Below, one piece after another: positions 36,993 through 45,505 of a stretch of DNA of 64,000 bases. The position numbers and the translations under genes are program-made. Where the stretch lies: the NCBI GenBank assembly GCA_016206155.1, contig JACQSC010000010.1, forward strand, positions 8,073 through 72,072, given 5' to 3'. The first letter of the stretch is position 1. Each line of letters begins with the position of its first letter. The notes under the pieces were generated by a model. The model searched no databases. It worked only from the letters and a program-made list of their open reading frames with translations, and was not told the DNA's origin. This DNA is from Candidatus Uhrbacteria bacterium (GTDB lineage Bacteria > Patescibacteriota > Patescibacteriia > JACQRZ01).

Positions 36993-38216
36993 ATGCGTGA
37001 TAAAACTTTCTTTTACTGGGTTTTGGCTTTCGCGGGAATGACAATGCTTCTTGTGTTTTTAGTTTCGCCGAACATGGTAGCCGCCGCCTCTGTCGGCTCC
37101 CCAAGCGTGTCTGGGGGCAGCGGTGTTATTCCTGAATTTTTTTTTCAAATCCCAATCGGGGGGCTGCGGTCAGTGATTGTCTGTGAAACCGGAAGCGACG
37201 GTAAACTGGCATGTCCCGGCATTGCAAAGTATGTCCAAGTCGTCTATCGCTTCCTGGTTGGGTTTGCTGCCGTGCTTGCGGTCCTTGCGCTCACCTGGGG
37301 CGGCGTGCGTTGGCTCATGTCGGGAGGGGACAGTAGCGCCATCCAGGAAGCAAAAAAAATCATGGGCAATGCCCTTATCGGCCTCCTTCTTGCGCTGGGG
37401 TCGTACGCGCTGCTTTTTACGCTTGGCAAACAATTTGTTGAGTATAAACCGATTAGCATACGGCGTATACAACTCATAATTCTCAACATTACGCCGACAA
37501 CGATATCGGCTGGCGGAACAAGCGCCACATACGATGTCAACAGGTTTGCCGCGTATGGGTTCCCTCCCCCAAATACAGAGCCGGATAAAAGCGGGAAAAA
37601 AATGGAAGGAGAGGCTTTGCGACGGTGGAACAAGTACAAGGATTTGGCAATGAAGGCATCAGTGGCAACGAGGACCGATATAGGATTTATCGGCATGTGG
37701 CCATTACTCGAAAATAGTTTTGATACATTTATGGATAACTGCGCCGACACTGACCACAATCCCAACACTCCCTGTGCATCGTGGGGTAGCAATTGGCAGG
37801 TCGGACTTGGAATTCATCCTGGAAATATGCCGTGGGCGTATGAAGACGGAGTTAGTGCAATGTATGGCAATACAAATGATGCTACTGTCCAGAACATTGG
37901 CCAGAGTGTTCTTGATACCGCAAAAGCCGCGGGAAGGCCACTCACGCTCGTCAGCGATCCGTTCCCAACAATCTCACTCAATAGCACGATCGATGCGGCA
38001 AAAAACGGCGATCAAAACGCTCGGCTTCTTATTGCAACACTTTCAAAAGATCCTGCTCTTGGTCTTTATCTTGTTGGCGCCCACTTTGGCTCAAAAGACG
38101 TTGGCAAAGAGCCAAAGAGTGAAATGGCGACAAGAATGAACAATTGGCCGCCTGCGGGTGCGTATACCCCCCAACGGATCAGTAATCTCATCAAGTCGAT
38201 CTATGACGCGAAATAG
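36993..38216 (+). CDS. VirB2/TrbC-like pilin-domain protein with a ~250-aa C-terminal extension (paralog 1)
   Basis: IAKYVQVVYRFLVGFAAVLAVLALTWGGVRWLMSGGDSSAIQEAKKIMGNALIGLLLALGSYALLF two-helix pilin core. The start was reset to MRDKTFFYW; the upstream part of the track ORF is encoded by a degenerate element A copy. Confidence 0.6.
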   Translation: MRDKTFFYWVLAFAGMTMLLVFLVSPNMVAAASVGSPSVSGGSGVIPEFFFQIPIGGLRSVIVCETGSDGKLACPGIAKYVQVVYRFLVGFAAVLAVLALTWGGVRWLMSGGDSSAIQEAKKIMGNALIGLLLALGSYALLFTLGKQFVEYKPISIRRIQLIILNITPTTISAGGTSATYDVNRFAAYGFPPPNTEPDKSGKKMEGEALRRWNKYKDLAMKASVATRTDIGFIGMWPLLENSFDTFMDNCADTDHNPNTPCASWGSNWQVGLGIHPGNMPWAYEDGVSAMYGNTNDATVQNIGQSVLDTAKAAGRPLTLVSDPFPTISLNSTIDAAKNGDQNARLLIATLSKDPALGLYLVGAHFGSKDVGKEPKSEMATRMNNWPPAGAYTPQRISNLIKSIYDAK

Positions 38217-39150
38217 GAAAAGGGTTGTATTGGCCACGGTTGGAATACTCGGGACAATCATAACGGCATATATTGGCACGTCTGTATTTGCGGCAGGCGC
38301 CAGTTTTCCATTGCAAATCCCAATTTCCGGCGAGGGTTCTATTGAGGTATGTGTCGGCAAAAAATGCGCCGGCATCGCAAAATACATTACCCTCATCTAT
38401 CGCGTTCTTATCGGTTTTGCCGCCGTTCTCGCGGTCCTCGCCATGACCTGGGGCGGCGTGCAGTGGCTTATTTCCCGCGGCGAAAGTGGCAAAATACAAG
38501 AAGCGCGGAAAATAATTGGCAACGCCCTTGTTGGCCTCCTCATTGCCCTCCTCTCATACGCCGGCCTTTGGGCAATCAATCCGTCATTCGTCCAATTTGG
38601 CCCCCTCACCATCGCCGCTATCAATAAAATAGATCTGGATATTGAGGCGGACGTTTCGAGCCATGCCGCTCTCGCGGGGCGATTTGCGCTTGGGGCAGGT
38701 GTTTCTGTGTCCGGATTTACCAATGTTAAGTTCGATCCCGACACAAAAAAAGATGTAGAAACGTCGGGTGTCATTACGCAACTCCTAGCCGATCTTCTAA
38801 GTGACATTGATAAAGCTGGCTATGCAGTGACCTTTTCCGCGATTGTAAGCGGTCATGGTCCAGGCAACACCTTCCATAATCCGGCTGGACGCGCCGCCGA
38901 TATTACTGGCGACCGGGCAACGCTTACTCGTCTTGCCGACTATTTGGGAACACGGCCGAATGTCAATGAGCTCTTCTACGCGTATAACACGGATCGAACA
39001 TTTAATGACTGTAATAAACAAGGTTCGGACTGGCTTAAAAATACTACGTACAAAAGGAAAGACGGAACCATAACAAATCTCTACGAAGCGCACAAAGACC
39101 ACCTCCACGTTGCGGTTGGCTGCGGAAGCGGCGCATTTCCCAAAAAATGA
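38203..39150 (+). CDS. VirB2/TrbC-like pilin domain fused to an LAS-type (peptidase M15-like) peptidoglycan hydrolase domain (paralog 2)
   Basis: Pilin core IAKYITLIYRVLIGFAAVLAVLAMTWGGVQWL. The C-terminus has SGHGPGNTFHNPAGRAADI (H..D) and HKDHLHVAV (HxH) Zn-binding signatures. Confidence 0.6.
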   Translation: MTRNRKRVVLATVGILGTIITAYIGTSVFAAGASFPLQIPISGEGSIEVCVGKKCAGIAKYITLIYRVLIGFAAVLAVLAMTWGGVQWLISRGESGKIQEARKIIGNALVGLLIALLSYAGLWAINPSFVQFGPLTIAAINKIDLDIEADVSSHAALAGRFALGAGVSVSGFTNVKFDPDTKKDVETSGVITQLLADLLSDIDKAGYAVTFSAIVSGHGPGNTFHNPAGRAADITGDRATLTRLADYLGTRPNVNELFYAYNTDRTFNDCNKQGSDWLKNTTYKRKDGTITNLYEAHKDHLHVAVGCGSGAFPKK

Positions 39151-39263
39151 AAAACGTATCCAGCCCAATTAAGGATTCTTGCGACGGAACAAAAAGCTTT
39201 GTGCCGTAGTAAAAAAATAGCATGGCAGCGCATGGGCGAGCCGGTGGTTTGGGTTTTAACACT

Positions 39264-39698
39264 ATGAAGAAAGCTCTCTTGTTCGTTTTTGCTCTCTCTC
39301 TATTTATCGCTACAACGTTCCTGTCTCCCGCTTCTGCAGGTGATGTTTCAGTTCAGCTTGAGATCCCTATTCCCGATATCGGTCAGTCACTTCCCGTCTG
39401 CACGACGAGGGAAACGAATCGTGCATGCGCCGGCATTGAGGAATACTTGTCCGCTATCTATCGCTGGCTTATTGGAATCACGGCAGTTCTTGCGGTGGTC
39501 GCGCTCACTTGGGGCGGAGTTCGCTGGTTGACATCGTCAGGAGACAAGGGTGTAATTCAAGATGCAAAAAAAGTCATAATCAATGCCGTTATCGGTATTC
39601 TTGTCGCGCTTAGCTCCTACTCACTTCTATGGGCAATTAACCCCAATCTCGCGCAGTTTGAGCCACTGAGAATAACACAATACGACCAAAAGCGCTGA
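39264..39698 (+). CDS. VirB2/TrbC-like pilin (short paralog 3)
   Basis: Signal peptide MKKALLFVFALSLFIA and the core IEEYLSAIYRWLIGITAVLAVVALTWGGVRWLTSSGDKGVIQDAKKVIINAVIGILVALSSYSLLW. Confidence 0.6.
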   Translation: MKKALLFVFALSLFIATTFLSPASAGDVSVQLEIPIPDIGQSLPVCTTRETNRACAGIEEYLSAIYRWLIGITAVLAVVALTWGGVRWLTSSGDKGVIQDAKKVIINAVIGILVALSSYSLLWAINPNLAQFEPLRITQYDQKR

Positions 39699-39701
39699 TT
39701 T

Positions 39702-39790
39702 CAGAAATGGTGCAGAAATGGCAGAAATGGTGTCACAGAAATGGGAAATGGTGGTAATGGGAAATGGTGGGAAATGGTGTCAGGTCTGGT
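39702..39790. repeat. Tandem cluster of element-B half-sites (CAGAAATGG / GGAAATGGTG repeats)
   Basis: cagaaatggtgcagaaatggcagaaatggtgtcacagaaatgggaaatggtggtaatgggaaatggtgggaaatggtgtcagg. Confidence 0.7.
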
Positions 39791-39809
39791 TTTCTATAGC
39801 CCACGAAGT

Positions 39810-39935
39810 AATAATGGGGTCAGAATATAATGGGGTCAGGAGCCATTAATTTAATGGCTCCTGACCCCATTATTCTGACCCCATTATTCCCCATTATTCC
39901 CATTATTACTCCTGACCCCATTATTCATTCACTTG
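39810..39935. repeat. Large near-perfect palindrome (~40-bp arms) plus CTGACCCCATTATT-type repeats between convergent genes
   Basis: aataatggggtcagaatataatggggtcaggagccattaa | ttaatggctcctgaccccattattctgaccccattatt, then cccattatt repeats. Likely a bidirectional terminator. Confidence 0.7.
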
Positions 39936-39937
39936 AC

Positions 39938-39984
39938 CAAAAAATCAATGCCTCTTTCTGCCACCATCTGCTAAAATTGTGATG
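39938..39984 (+). repeat. Degenerate duplicate of the radA 5' end (ccaaaaaatcaATGcctctttctgccaccatctgctaaaattgtgatg)
   Basis: About 81% identical to 41908-41955, which contains the radA ATG. The copy is interrupted by a stop after 9 codons. Confidence 0.65.
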
Positions 39985-40002
39985 AAATAGGCGGGAGGGA
40001 TG

Positions 40003-41829
40003 TCATGGTACCGGCATGAAATCAGAGAGCTTCAAAGGCTTTTTCGTATTGATGGATGGACAGCACTGTGGATCATCGGGAGCATGAATCACGGCCTCAA
40101 CTTCTACGACGCCATCCTCGACGGAAATATCTCTGACAACATCTCTATCATTGAACACATAATCGCCTGCATGCCGATACGTGCCGTCGACCATGGAAAG
40201 CATTGCTGCAAGATGAATGTAATATCCAGTGCCGCCATAATTCGCGCCAAGGACAGCGACCCCGTCTTGAATGCCATCATTATTAAGGTCGCCAAGAGCA
40301 CCATTCTCATAGCGGACATAATAAGGACCGTCATACGTATCATATGAATTTATTCTCTCGCGCTCGTCAGGAGTGAGCGCTGAATGAAATGAATGAAATC
40401 CATTGATGAGTTGTATCGGCTTATGATCAATAGTATAGAGTGCATTTTTCAGTGTTGACATCATGGCCTGTGAATTATCGCTGTTTGCGATATTCGCAAA
40501 AGACATGCCATATGCTCCCAATGCTCCACTTGTAAGAATACCCATGACCAAAAAGAAGAGTAACAATTTCCACCCATTCTGGTCAATCCCTTTGCGGTAA
40601 ACTTTCATAACAGCATCTCTGTATTGCGTATCGCCATTCTTATGATACGCCTCAACCGCTTCATCCCACGTTTTCCAATTGCGCTGATTATTCTTTACAT
40701 ATTGAGCCTTGTGAAATAACCATCGTACACCCCAGTGGATGCTATCTTTCGGCTCTTTTATTTCAATGGGTTGATCGAATGCCATGACAACGGATTTCCC
40801 CTGTTGATCATTCCATTCATTTTCCACAAATCCTTTTTCTGATTTCAGTACATGAATCGCGGGATTCCTAACATCACCAACCTGCATGATGTCGGGAAAA
40901 GGAGGATAATTCACTGCGTTTGCCCCATATCCAAGACGTGATTCTTGATAGGCTATTGCCTTAACAAGCGAGGGGTCAAGCGGCTCGGGCACCGGATTCT
41001 TTTTCTTTAAAAAATGCTCATTCCAGTAATGAACGACCTCTCCAATGATCGTATCATAGGCGTTATAATCCTGATTCGCCGGTCCCGGTCTATATGCATG
41101 AGGAGTGGCGAATGCGCCATTTACCACACATGTTATTTCTCGAATAAAGGGGGTGCCGTCCCCGTCAATATCAAATCGCCGCGGCTGCTGGCCGTCAGTA
41201 AATGAGCGGGTGAATGTTTTTGAGGAGCCTTTGAGTGTTTTTCCGCACAAATACCAATCACGATGAGCGCCCTTGTCGTTATTTCTTTCCGTGGCTCCAT
41301 CGATACGAAGACGAATATCGTCGTCATCGAAGCGCTTCTCTGCGTGCGCCGTCATAGTAAAAGAAGAAACACTAATCGTGTCTTTAACAACAAGCACCAG
41401 CCACGGAATACGATCACGATCGGGGGAACTCATTGATGGTATCGTCAGCTTTCCATCATCAATGTCATACAGTGCTAGCGATCCAACGGTTGGCGTTCCG
41501 TGCACAATCAATGAAAGCGAATGACTGCCTTTCGCAAGGGATACAAGAACGAAAAGAGTCAGCTCGTGTCCCTTTAATACATTCCCATTCCAAAAATCTC
41601 CCGCTAATAACCGTTGCTTTTTAGCGGATGGAACAATCTCGGCACCGTCAACGTGAATAGTAAGGCTGTCCTTTTTTGGCAACGAACGTCCGGTACGGGT
41701 ATTTTGCCACCAGCTTTTTGCGGACGCTTGCACAACAACACAATAGATGCCGTCGCGATCTATGATGAATTCCCGGTTGTATATGCTGGTAAATTCCTTG
41801 TTAAAGATCGTTTTACTTATCTGTTTCAT
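40003..41829 (-). CDS. Membrane protein with an SLT-like lytic transglycosylase domain (VirB1-like) and an N-terminal domain paralogous to the 22339-23175 protein
   Basis: AIAYQESRLGY...DIMQVGD...AVEAYHKNG (ES / GLMQ / AYNAG-like SLT motifs). TM LLLFFLVMGILTSGALGAYG. The track ORF extends antisense across radA; the start was reset to MKQISKTIF. Confidence 0.6.
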   Translation of the reverse strand: MKQISKTIFNKEFTSIYNREFIIDRDGIYCVVVQASAKSWWQNTRTGRSLPKKDSLTIHVDGAEIVPSAKKQRLLAGDFWNGNVLKGHELTLFVLVSLAKGSHSLSLIVHGTPTVGSLALYDIDDGKLTIPSMSSPDRDRIPWLVLVVKDTISVSSFTMTAHAEKRFDDDDIRLRIDGATERNNDKGAHRDWYLCGKTLKGSSKTFTRSFTDGQQPRRFDIDGDGTPFIREITCVVNGAFATPHAYRPGPANQDYNAYDTIIGEVVHYWNEHFLKKKNPVPEPLDPSLVKAIAYQESRLGYGANAVNYPPFPDIMQVGDVRNPAIHVLKSEKGFVENEWNDQQGKSVVMAFDQPIEIKEPKDSIHWGVRWLFHKAQYVKNNQRNWKTWDEAVEAYHKNGDTQYRDAVMKVYRKGIDQNGWKLLLFFLVMGILTSGALGAYGMSFANIANSDNSQAMMSTLKNALYTIDHKPIQLINGFHSFHSALTPDERERINSYDTYDGPYYVRYENGALGDLNNDGIQDGVAVLGANYGGTGYYIHLAAMLSMVDGTYRHAGDYVFNDRDVVRDISVEDGVVEVEAVIHAPDDPQCCPSINTKKPLKLSDFMPVP

Positions 41830-41880
41830 ACGTATGATCGATATGACCACAACGCCGATTGTAAAAATTTTGGTACCGCC

Positions 41881-41896
41881 ATATACTATTAGTATA
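41881..41896. promoter_or_regulatory. Palindromic bidirectional -10 element TATACTAtTAGTATA between the divergent SLT-protein gene and radA
   Basis: The perfect palindrome gives TATACT on both strands at a suitable distance from both start codons. Confidence 0.5.
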
Positions 41897-41918
41897 CCAT
41901 ATTTTAAGCAAAAAATCA

Positions 41919-43343
41919 ATGGCTCTTTCTGTCTATATCTGCTCGAATTGCGATGCGCAAAGCCCGAAATGGGCAGGGCGGTGCTTGGAGTGCGGATCGT
42001 GGGGAACGCTTGCGCAAGGAATCGCAGATGAAAAAACCAGCGGAAAAAAATCAACCGCAGGCATAGCGCCAGCAGACGCAATTCCCTTCTCGCAGATTTC
42101 AAACGAACATGTCCCGCGCCGCTCCACCGGCATTGCCGAAGTTGATCAAGTTTTGGGTGGCGGTATCGTTCCGGGAAGTTTGATTTTACTTGGCGGAGAG
42201 CCGGGGATTGGGAAGAGTACGATTTTAGGACAGCTTGCGTGCTCAATTTCACAACAAAAAAACTCCGTCATCTATTGCTCTGGGGAGGAGTCGGCCCAGC
42301 AAGTCAAAATGCGGTTTGACAGGATCAAAGCACTGGATCCCGGCCTGCGCCGGGATGACAAAGGGAGCGGGGCTGACACCCTCCTCTTCATCGGTGAAAC
42401 CAACTGCGAAAAAATCTGCGGTGCGCTTCGTCATCATAAACCGACGCTCGCAATCGTTGACTCCATACAAACTATCGCCTCTTCCGATATTCCTTCAGAA
42501 GCGGGAAGTATCGCGCAAGTACGCGCATGCACAGTCAAACTCCTTGAAGTCGCAAAGCAGGAAAACATCCCAATCATTATTACCGGCCATGTCACAAAAG
42601 AAGGCGGTGTTGCCGGTCCCAAAACTCTTGAACATCTTGTTGACACAGTCCTCTATCTTGAGGGGGATGCAAGCCAGTATTTTCGCCTATTGAAAACAGT
42701 AAAAAATCGCTTTGGCTCGACAAATGAGATTGGCGTCTTTGAAATGACTGGCGCAGGGTTAGTTGAAGTAAAAAATCCGTCAGAGCTTTTTCTCTCGTCA
42801 GAAAACGAACACGCGGCAGGCACTGCAACGACTGCGGTTGTAGAAGGATCGCGCGCGTTTCTCGTTCCCATTCAGGCGCTGACGAGCAAGACATATTTCG
42901 GCTACCCCCAACGAAAAAGCATCGGCATAGACGCCAATCGCCTCGGACTTCTTGTCGCGGTGCTTTCAAAACGTCTTGGGGTTAATCTTGGCGATCAGGA
43001 TATTCATGTCAACGTTGTCGGAGGCCTCAGAATATCCGAGCCTGCCGCAGACCTCGCGGTATGCGCAAGTATTCTCTCCTCGTACAAAGGGAAAATGGTG
43101 TCAGGTACCATTTTTGAAGAAATGGAACCAGACACCATTTTACCAGACACCATTTTGCCGACTATTTTCTTTGGCGAGGTTGGCCTCACAGGAGAAGTGC
43201 GTCCCGTAAGTCACACTGAGAAGCGACTCAAGGAAGCGGAGAAGCTCGGCTTCAAGACTGCGTATATTCCGAAGCAGTCAAAAAAAATCTCAACAAGCAT
43301 TCAGCTTGTTGAGATTAAAAACGTCCGCGAGTTGGAAATTTAA
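41919..43343 (+). CDS. radA: DNA repair protein RadA/Sms (carries two in-frame palindromic-element insertions)
   Basis: CxxC zinc ribbon, GEPGIGKST Walker A, KNRFG motif, Lon-like C-terminal domain. Extra segments ALDPGLRRDDKGSG and KMVSGTIFEEMEPDTILPDTILP. Confidence 0.9.
   Translation: MALSVYICSNCDAQSPKWAGRCLECGSWGTLAQGIADEKTSGKKSTAGIAPADAIPFSQISNEHVPRRSTGIAEVDQVLGGGIVPGSLILLGGEPGIGKSTILGQLACSISQQKNSVIYCSGEESAQQVKMRFDRIKALDPGLRRDDKGSGADTLLFIGETNCEKICGALRHHKPTLAIVDSIQTIASSDIPSEAGSIAQVRACTVKLLEVAKQENIPIIITGHVTKEGGVAGPKTLEHLVDTVLYLEGDASQYFRLLKTVKNRFGSTNEIGVFEMTGAGLVEVKNPSELFLSSENEHAAGTATTAVVEGSRAFLVPIQALTSKTYFGYPQRKSIGIDANRLGLLVAVLSKRLGVNLGDQDIHVNVVGGLRISEPAADLAVCASILSSYKGKMVSGTIFEEMEPDTILPDTILPTIFFGEVGLTGEVRPVSHTEKRLKEAEKLGFKTAYIPKQSKKISTSIQLVEIKNVRELEI
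42335..42366. repeat. Element A mini-hairpin inside radA (GGATCCCGGCC-tgc-GCCGGGATGACAAAG), in frame, encoding DPGLRRDDK
   Basis: 11-bp inverted repeat with a 3-nt loop inside the coding sequence. The same peptide and sequence recur in the 911-aa gene at about 58771-58812. Confidence 0.75.
43092..43160. repeat. Element B inside radA, in frame (aaatggtgtcaggtaccattt...ccagacaccatttt x2)
   Basis: Encodes KMVSGTIFEEMEPDTILPDTILP; contains the GAAATGGTGTC/GACACCATTT palindrome. Confidence 0.75.
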
Positions 43344-43363
43344 TTTTGAAGAAGGCCAAAGTA

Positions 43364-45505
43364 TTACTTCCTCAACAGCCCGCCCCACTCAACAAGCGTA
43401 AAGCCATTGCGAGGGATGCTGCTGAGAGCCTGAGGCCGCATCACAACGGGCTTATCAAGCCCATCGAAGTCCAAGAATATGCGAATCACTGTGTCTGGCT
43501 TTGGCGTTACGGAAAGCGGCGCAAGCGCGTTCATCTCGCGCGTGCCAAGCCAACTCAAGCGCGTGTACGGTGTCGTTGGCATCTTTGACAGCCAGAATTC
43601 CAAGAAATCGGCAGCTTCTTTTTCATTAAGCCCAAGCTGTGCAAGGTGTTCTCGCAACGTGCCTTCAAGCTGATCTTTTGCAACGACGAATCCTCGTGTG
43701 ATGGTCGGATACTGCTTTCCGGTCCCCTCCCAGAACAGCGATGAGTATGTCCCGCTCGCATGCTGCAACGTTCCATCGGGATACGCGCGAACCTGCCAGC
43801 CATTTCCGTACGCCGGCTCAGAGATGCGGATCTCCGCATCAACCGCCACCGATACATCTGTTGGCGTTGTCGGATAGAGGTAGATGACGGGCTTGCCGCA
43901 TTCGACGGCAGGACCGTACGTTGTGTTATTGTATACGACATAGCGATTGAGCGCGTCTTTCACCATAATCACGGGCCGCTTTGCCAGAAACTGTTCATAG
44001 CTTAACTTCTTGCTTTCCCCGTCTGCATAATATGCGCCGCCCGACATCTCGTACAGCGCCCGCTCAACGGAATTGGCTCCTGCCTTAAACGCGTATACGG
44101 TTTTGTTCCCTGCTCCGGTGCCAATCTTAGTGATGTTAGAAATCGAAGCATCACCAAGCACTGGCGTGAACGATCCGCCACCACACCCACCGGTTGCAAG
44201 TTCCTCATACCCGTCGGTATTTTTTATGCCATTATTCCACTTAATGCTGGGAACGCCATCATCACCCCCGAGCTCATTCTTGGTATAATCGTAAGAATAT
44301 TCAATGCCATTGGGCGCCTTTAAGACAAACGTCTGCACGCGCAATGGTTCGATTGATCCTGGCCCATCAACGGAATACAGCGTGCCGTTTGCCGTACTTG
44401 CAACCTGCGTACGCGTTGTCTTAAATTCAGGTTCTGCGTAGCGAGAATCGCCGCGGTTCAATGTAACTCCTTTATACGCAATCGTATCAGGCGCTTTAAT
44501 GGATGGATAGAAGGTCGTGGTGTTAATCCTCACGTTCCGGTCAACGACACCGCCAAACACCTTTCCGGTATCCTTATCATACACCTCGGAGTTGCGGGCA
44601 ATAAATTCATAGTTCCCGCCTGCATCCAAAAAGTACGCGTGGTAATCCTCGAACGAAGGTCCGTCCGGAGGAATCGCTGCAAGCAAAACATCGCGTCCGT
44701 TATCGCTGCCTGTTTTGTAATAGGTGACCTCCTCCCCGTTTGTTTGCAGGAAGAGGTGTGGCGGATTAGATAGTTTTTGTGGCGTGGAAAGCCATGTTAC
44801 TCCTGACTCCGGCGTTTGTGGAGCAGAAAATATTTGACCAGATGTTGAAAAATAGGGCGCATATGCTTGCGGGATGTTGCTGATATCTCGATTGGTAATG
44901 CCAAGCCCGAGTTCGCGCATGATGTTAAACGCATCCGACGGTCGGCCGAGAAAATAGCGCCTGCTATCTACTGGATTGACATACCATGCCTCACCGTTTC
45001 GTTGAGTCTGAAGCAAAATTTTCCCATGAAGGCGCCGAGTAAGGCTCGTATCTATTGGTAAAGCTCCCGATCCAAGCGGATCAAGATTTTCTTGAAGCTC
45101 AACGTCATCGCGATATCCGTCATAATCCGTGTCAGCGGCCTGTGGATTCATGCCAAGAGTTTCCTCCAGATTGTTTGGAACACCATCCATGTCAGAATCA
45201 TTAAAACGACCGCCACCCATGGTATCGCGTGCGACGCCAACAGGAATTTTGCGCAAATCCGAATTTGAAATGCCAAGACCCAAGCTGTTCATGAGCTCAA
45301 ACGCGTCAGATGGCCGACCCATATATATGCGGCTTCCGGTGTCGGGCCTGATATACCACGCTTCGCCAAGACTCTCAACCTGAAGAACGATTCTTCCCTT
45401 GAGACGATCGGTCAATGTCGCGGCACTTGCCGACAACACAAACGCGCCAAGAACAACCGCTCCGAGGGTTATCAGTCCCGTTCCTAACAAAAGACGATTT
45501 TTCAT
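43364..45505 (-). CDS. Secreted protein with 2 copies of a novel ~55-aa repeat, TSP3-like Asp-rich Ca-binding repeats and a large C-terminal domain of unknown function
   Basis: Signal peptide. Repeats LKGRIVLQVESLGEAWYIRPDTGSRIYMGRPSDAFELMNSLGLGISNSDLRKIP and LHGKILLQTQRNGEAWYVNPVDSRRYFLGRPSDAFNIMRELGLGITNRDISNIP. DSDMDGVPN...DTDYDGYRDD. Confidence 0.7.
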   Translation of the reverse strand: MKNRLLLGTGLITLGAVVLGAFVLSASAATLTDRLKGRIVLQVESLGEAWYIRPDTGSRIYMGRPSDAFELMNSLGLGISNSDLRKIPVGVARDTMGGGRFNDSDMDGVPNNLEETLGMNPQAADTDYDGYRDDVELQENLDPLGSGALPIDTSLTRRLHGKILLQTQRNGEAWYVNPVDSRRYFLGRPSDAFNIMRELGLGITNRDISNIPQAYAPYFSTSGQIFSAPQTPESGVTWLSTPQKLSNPPHLFLQTNGEEVTYYKTGSDNGRDVLLAAIPPDGPSFEDYHAYFLDAGGNYEFIARNSEVYDKDTGKVFGGVVDRNVRINTTTFYPSIKAPDTIAYKGVTLNRGDSRYAEPEFKTTRTQVASTANGTLYSVDGPGSIEPLRVQTFVLKAPNGIEYSYDYTKNELGGDDGVPSIKWNNGIKNTDGYEELATGGCGGGSFTPVLGDASISNITKIGTGAGNKTVYAFKAGANSVERALYEMSGGAYYADGESKKLSYEQFLAKRPVIMVKDALNRYVVYNNTTYGPAVECGKPVIYLYPTTPTDVSVAVDAEIRISEPAYGNGWQVRAYPDGTLQHASGTYSSLFWEGTGKQYPTITRGFVVAKDQLEGTLREHLAQLGLNEKEAADFLEFWLSKMPTTPYTRLSWLGTREMNALAPLSVTPKPDTVIRIFLDFDGLDKPVVMRPQALSSIPRNGFTLVEWGGLLRK

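Noticed and set aside
41830-42252. N-terminal 141 codons of track ORF 40003-42252
   Set aside because: Runs antisense through the radA start region and the palindromic promoter. The start was reset to the ATG preceded by the TATACT promoter (MKQISKTIF).
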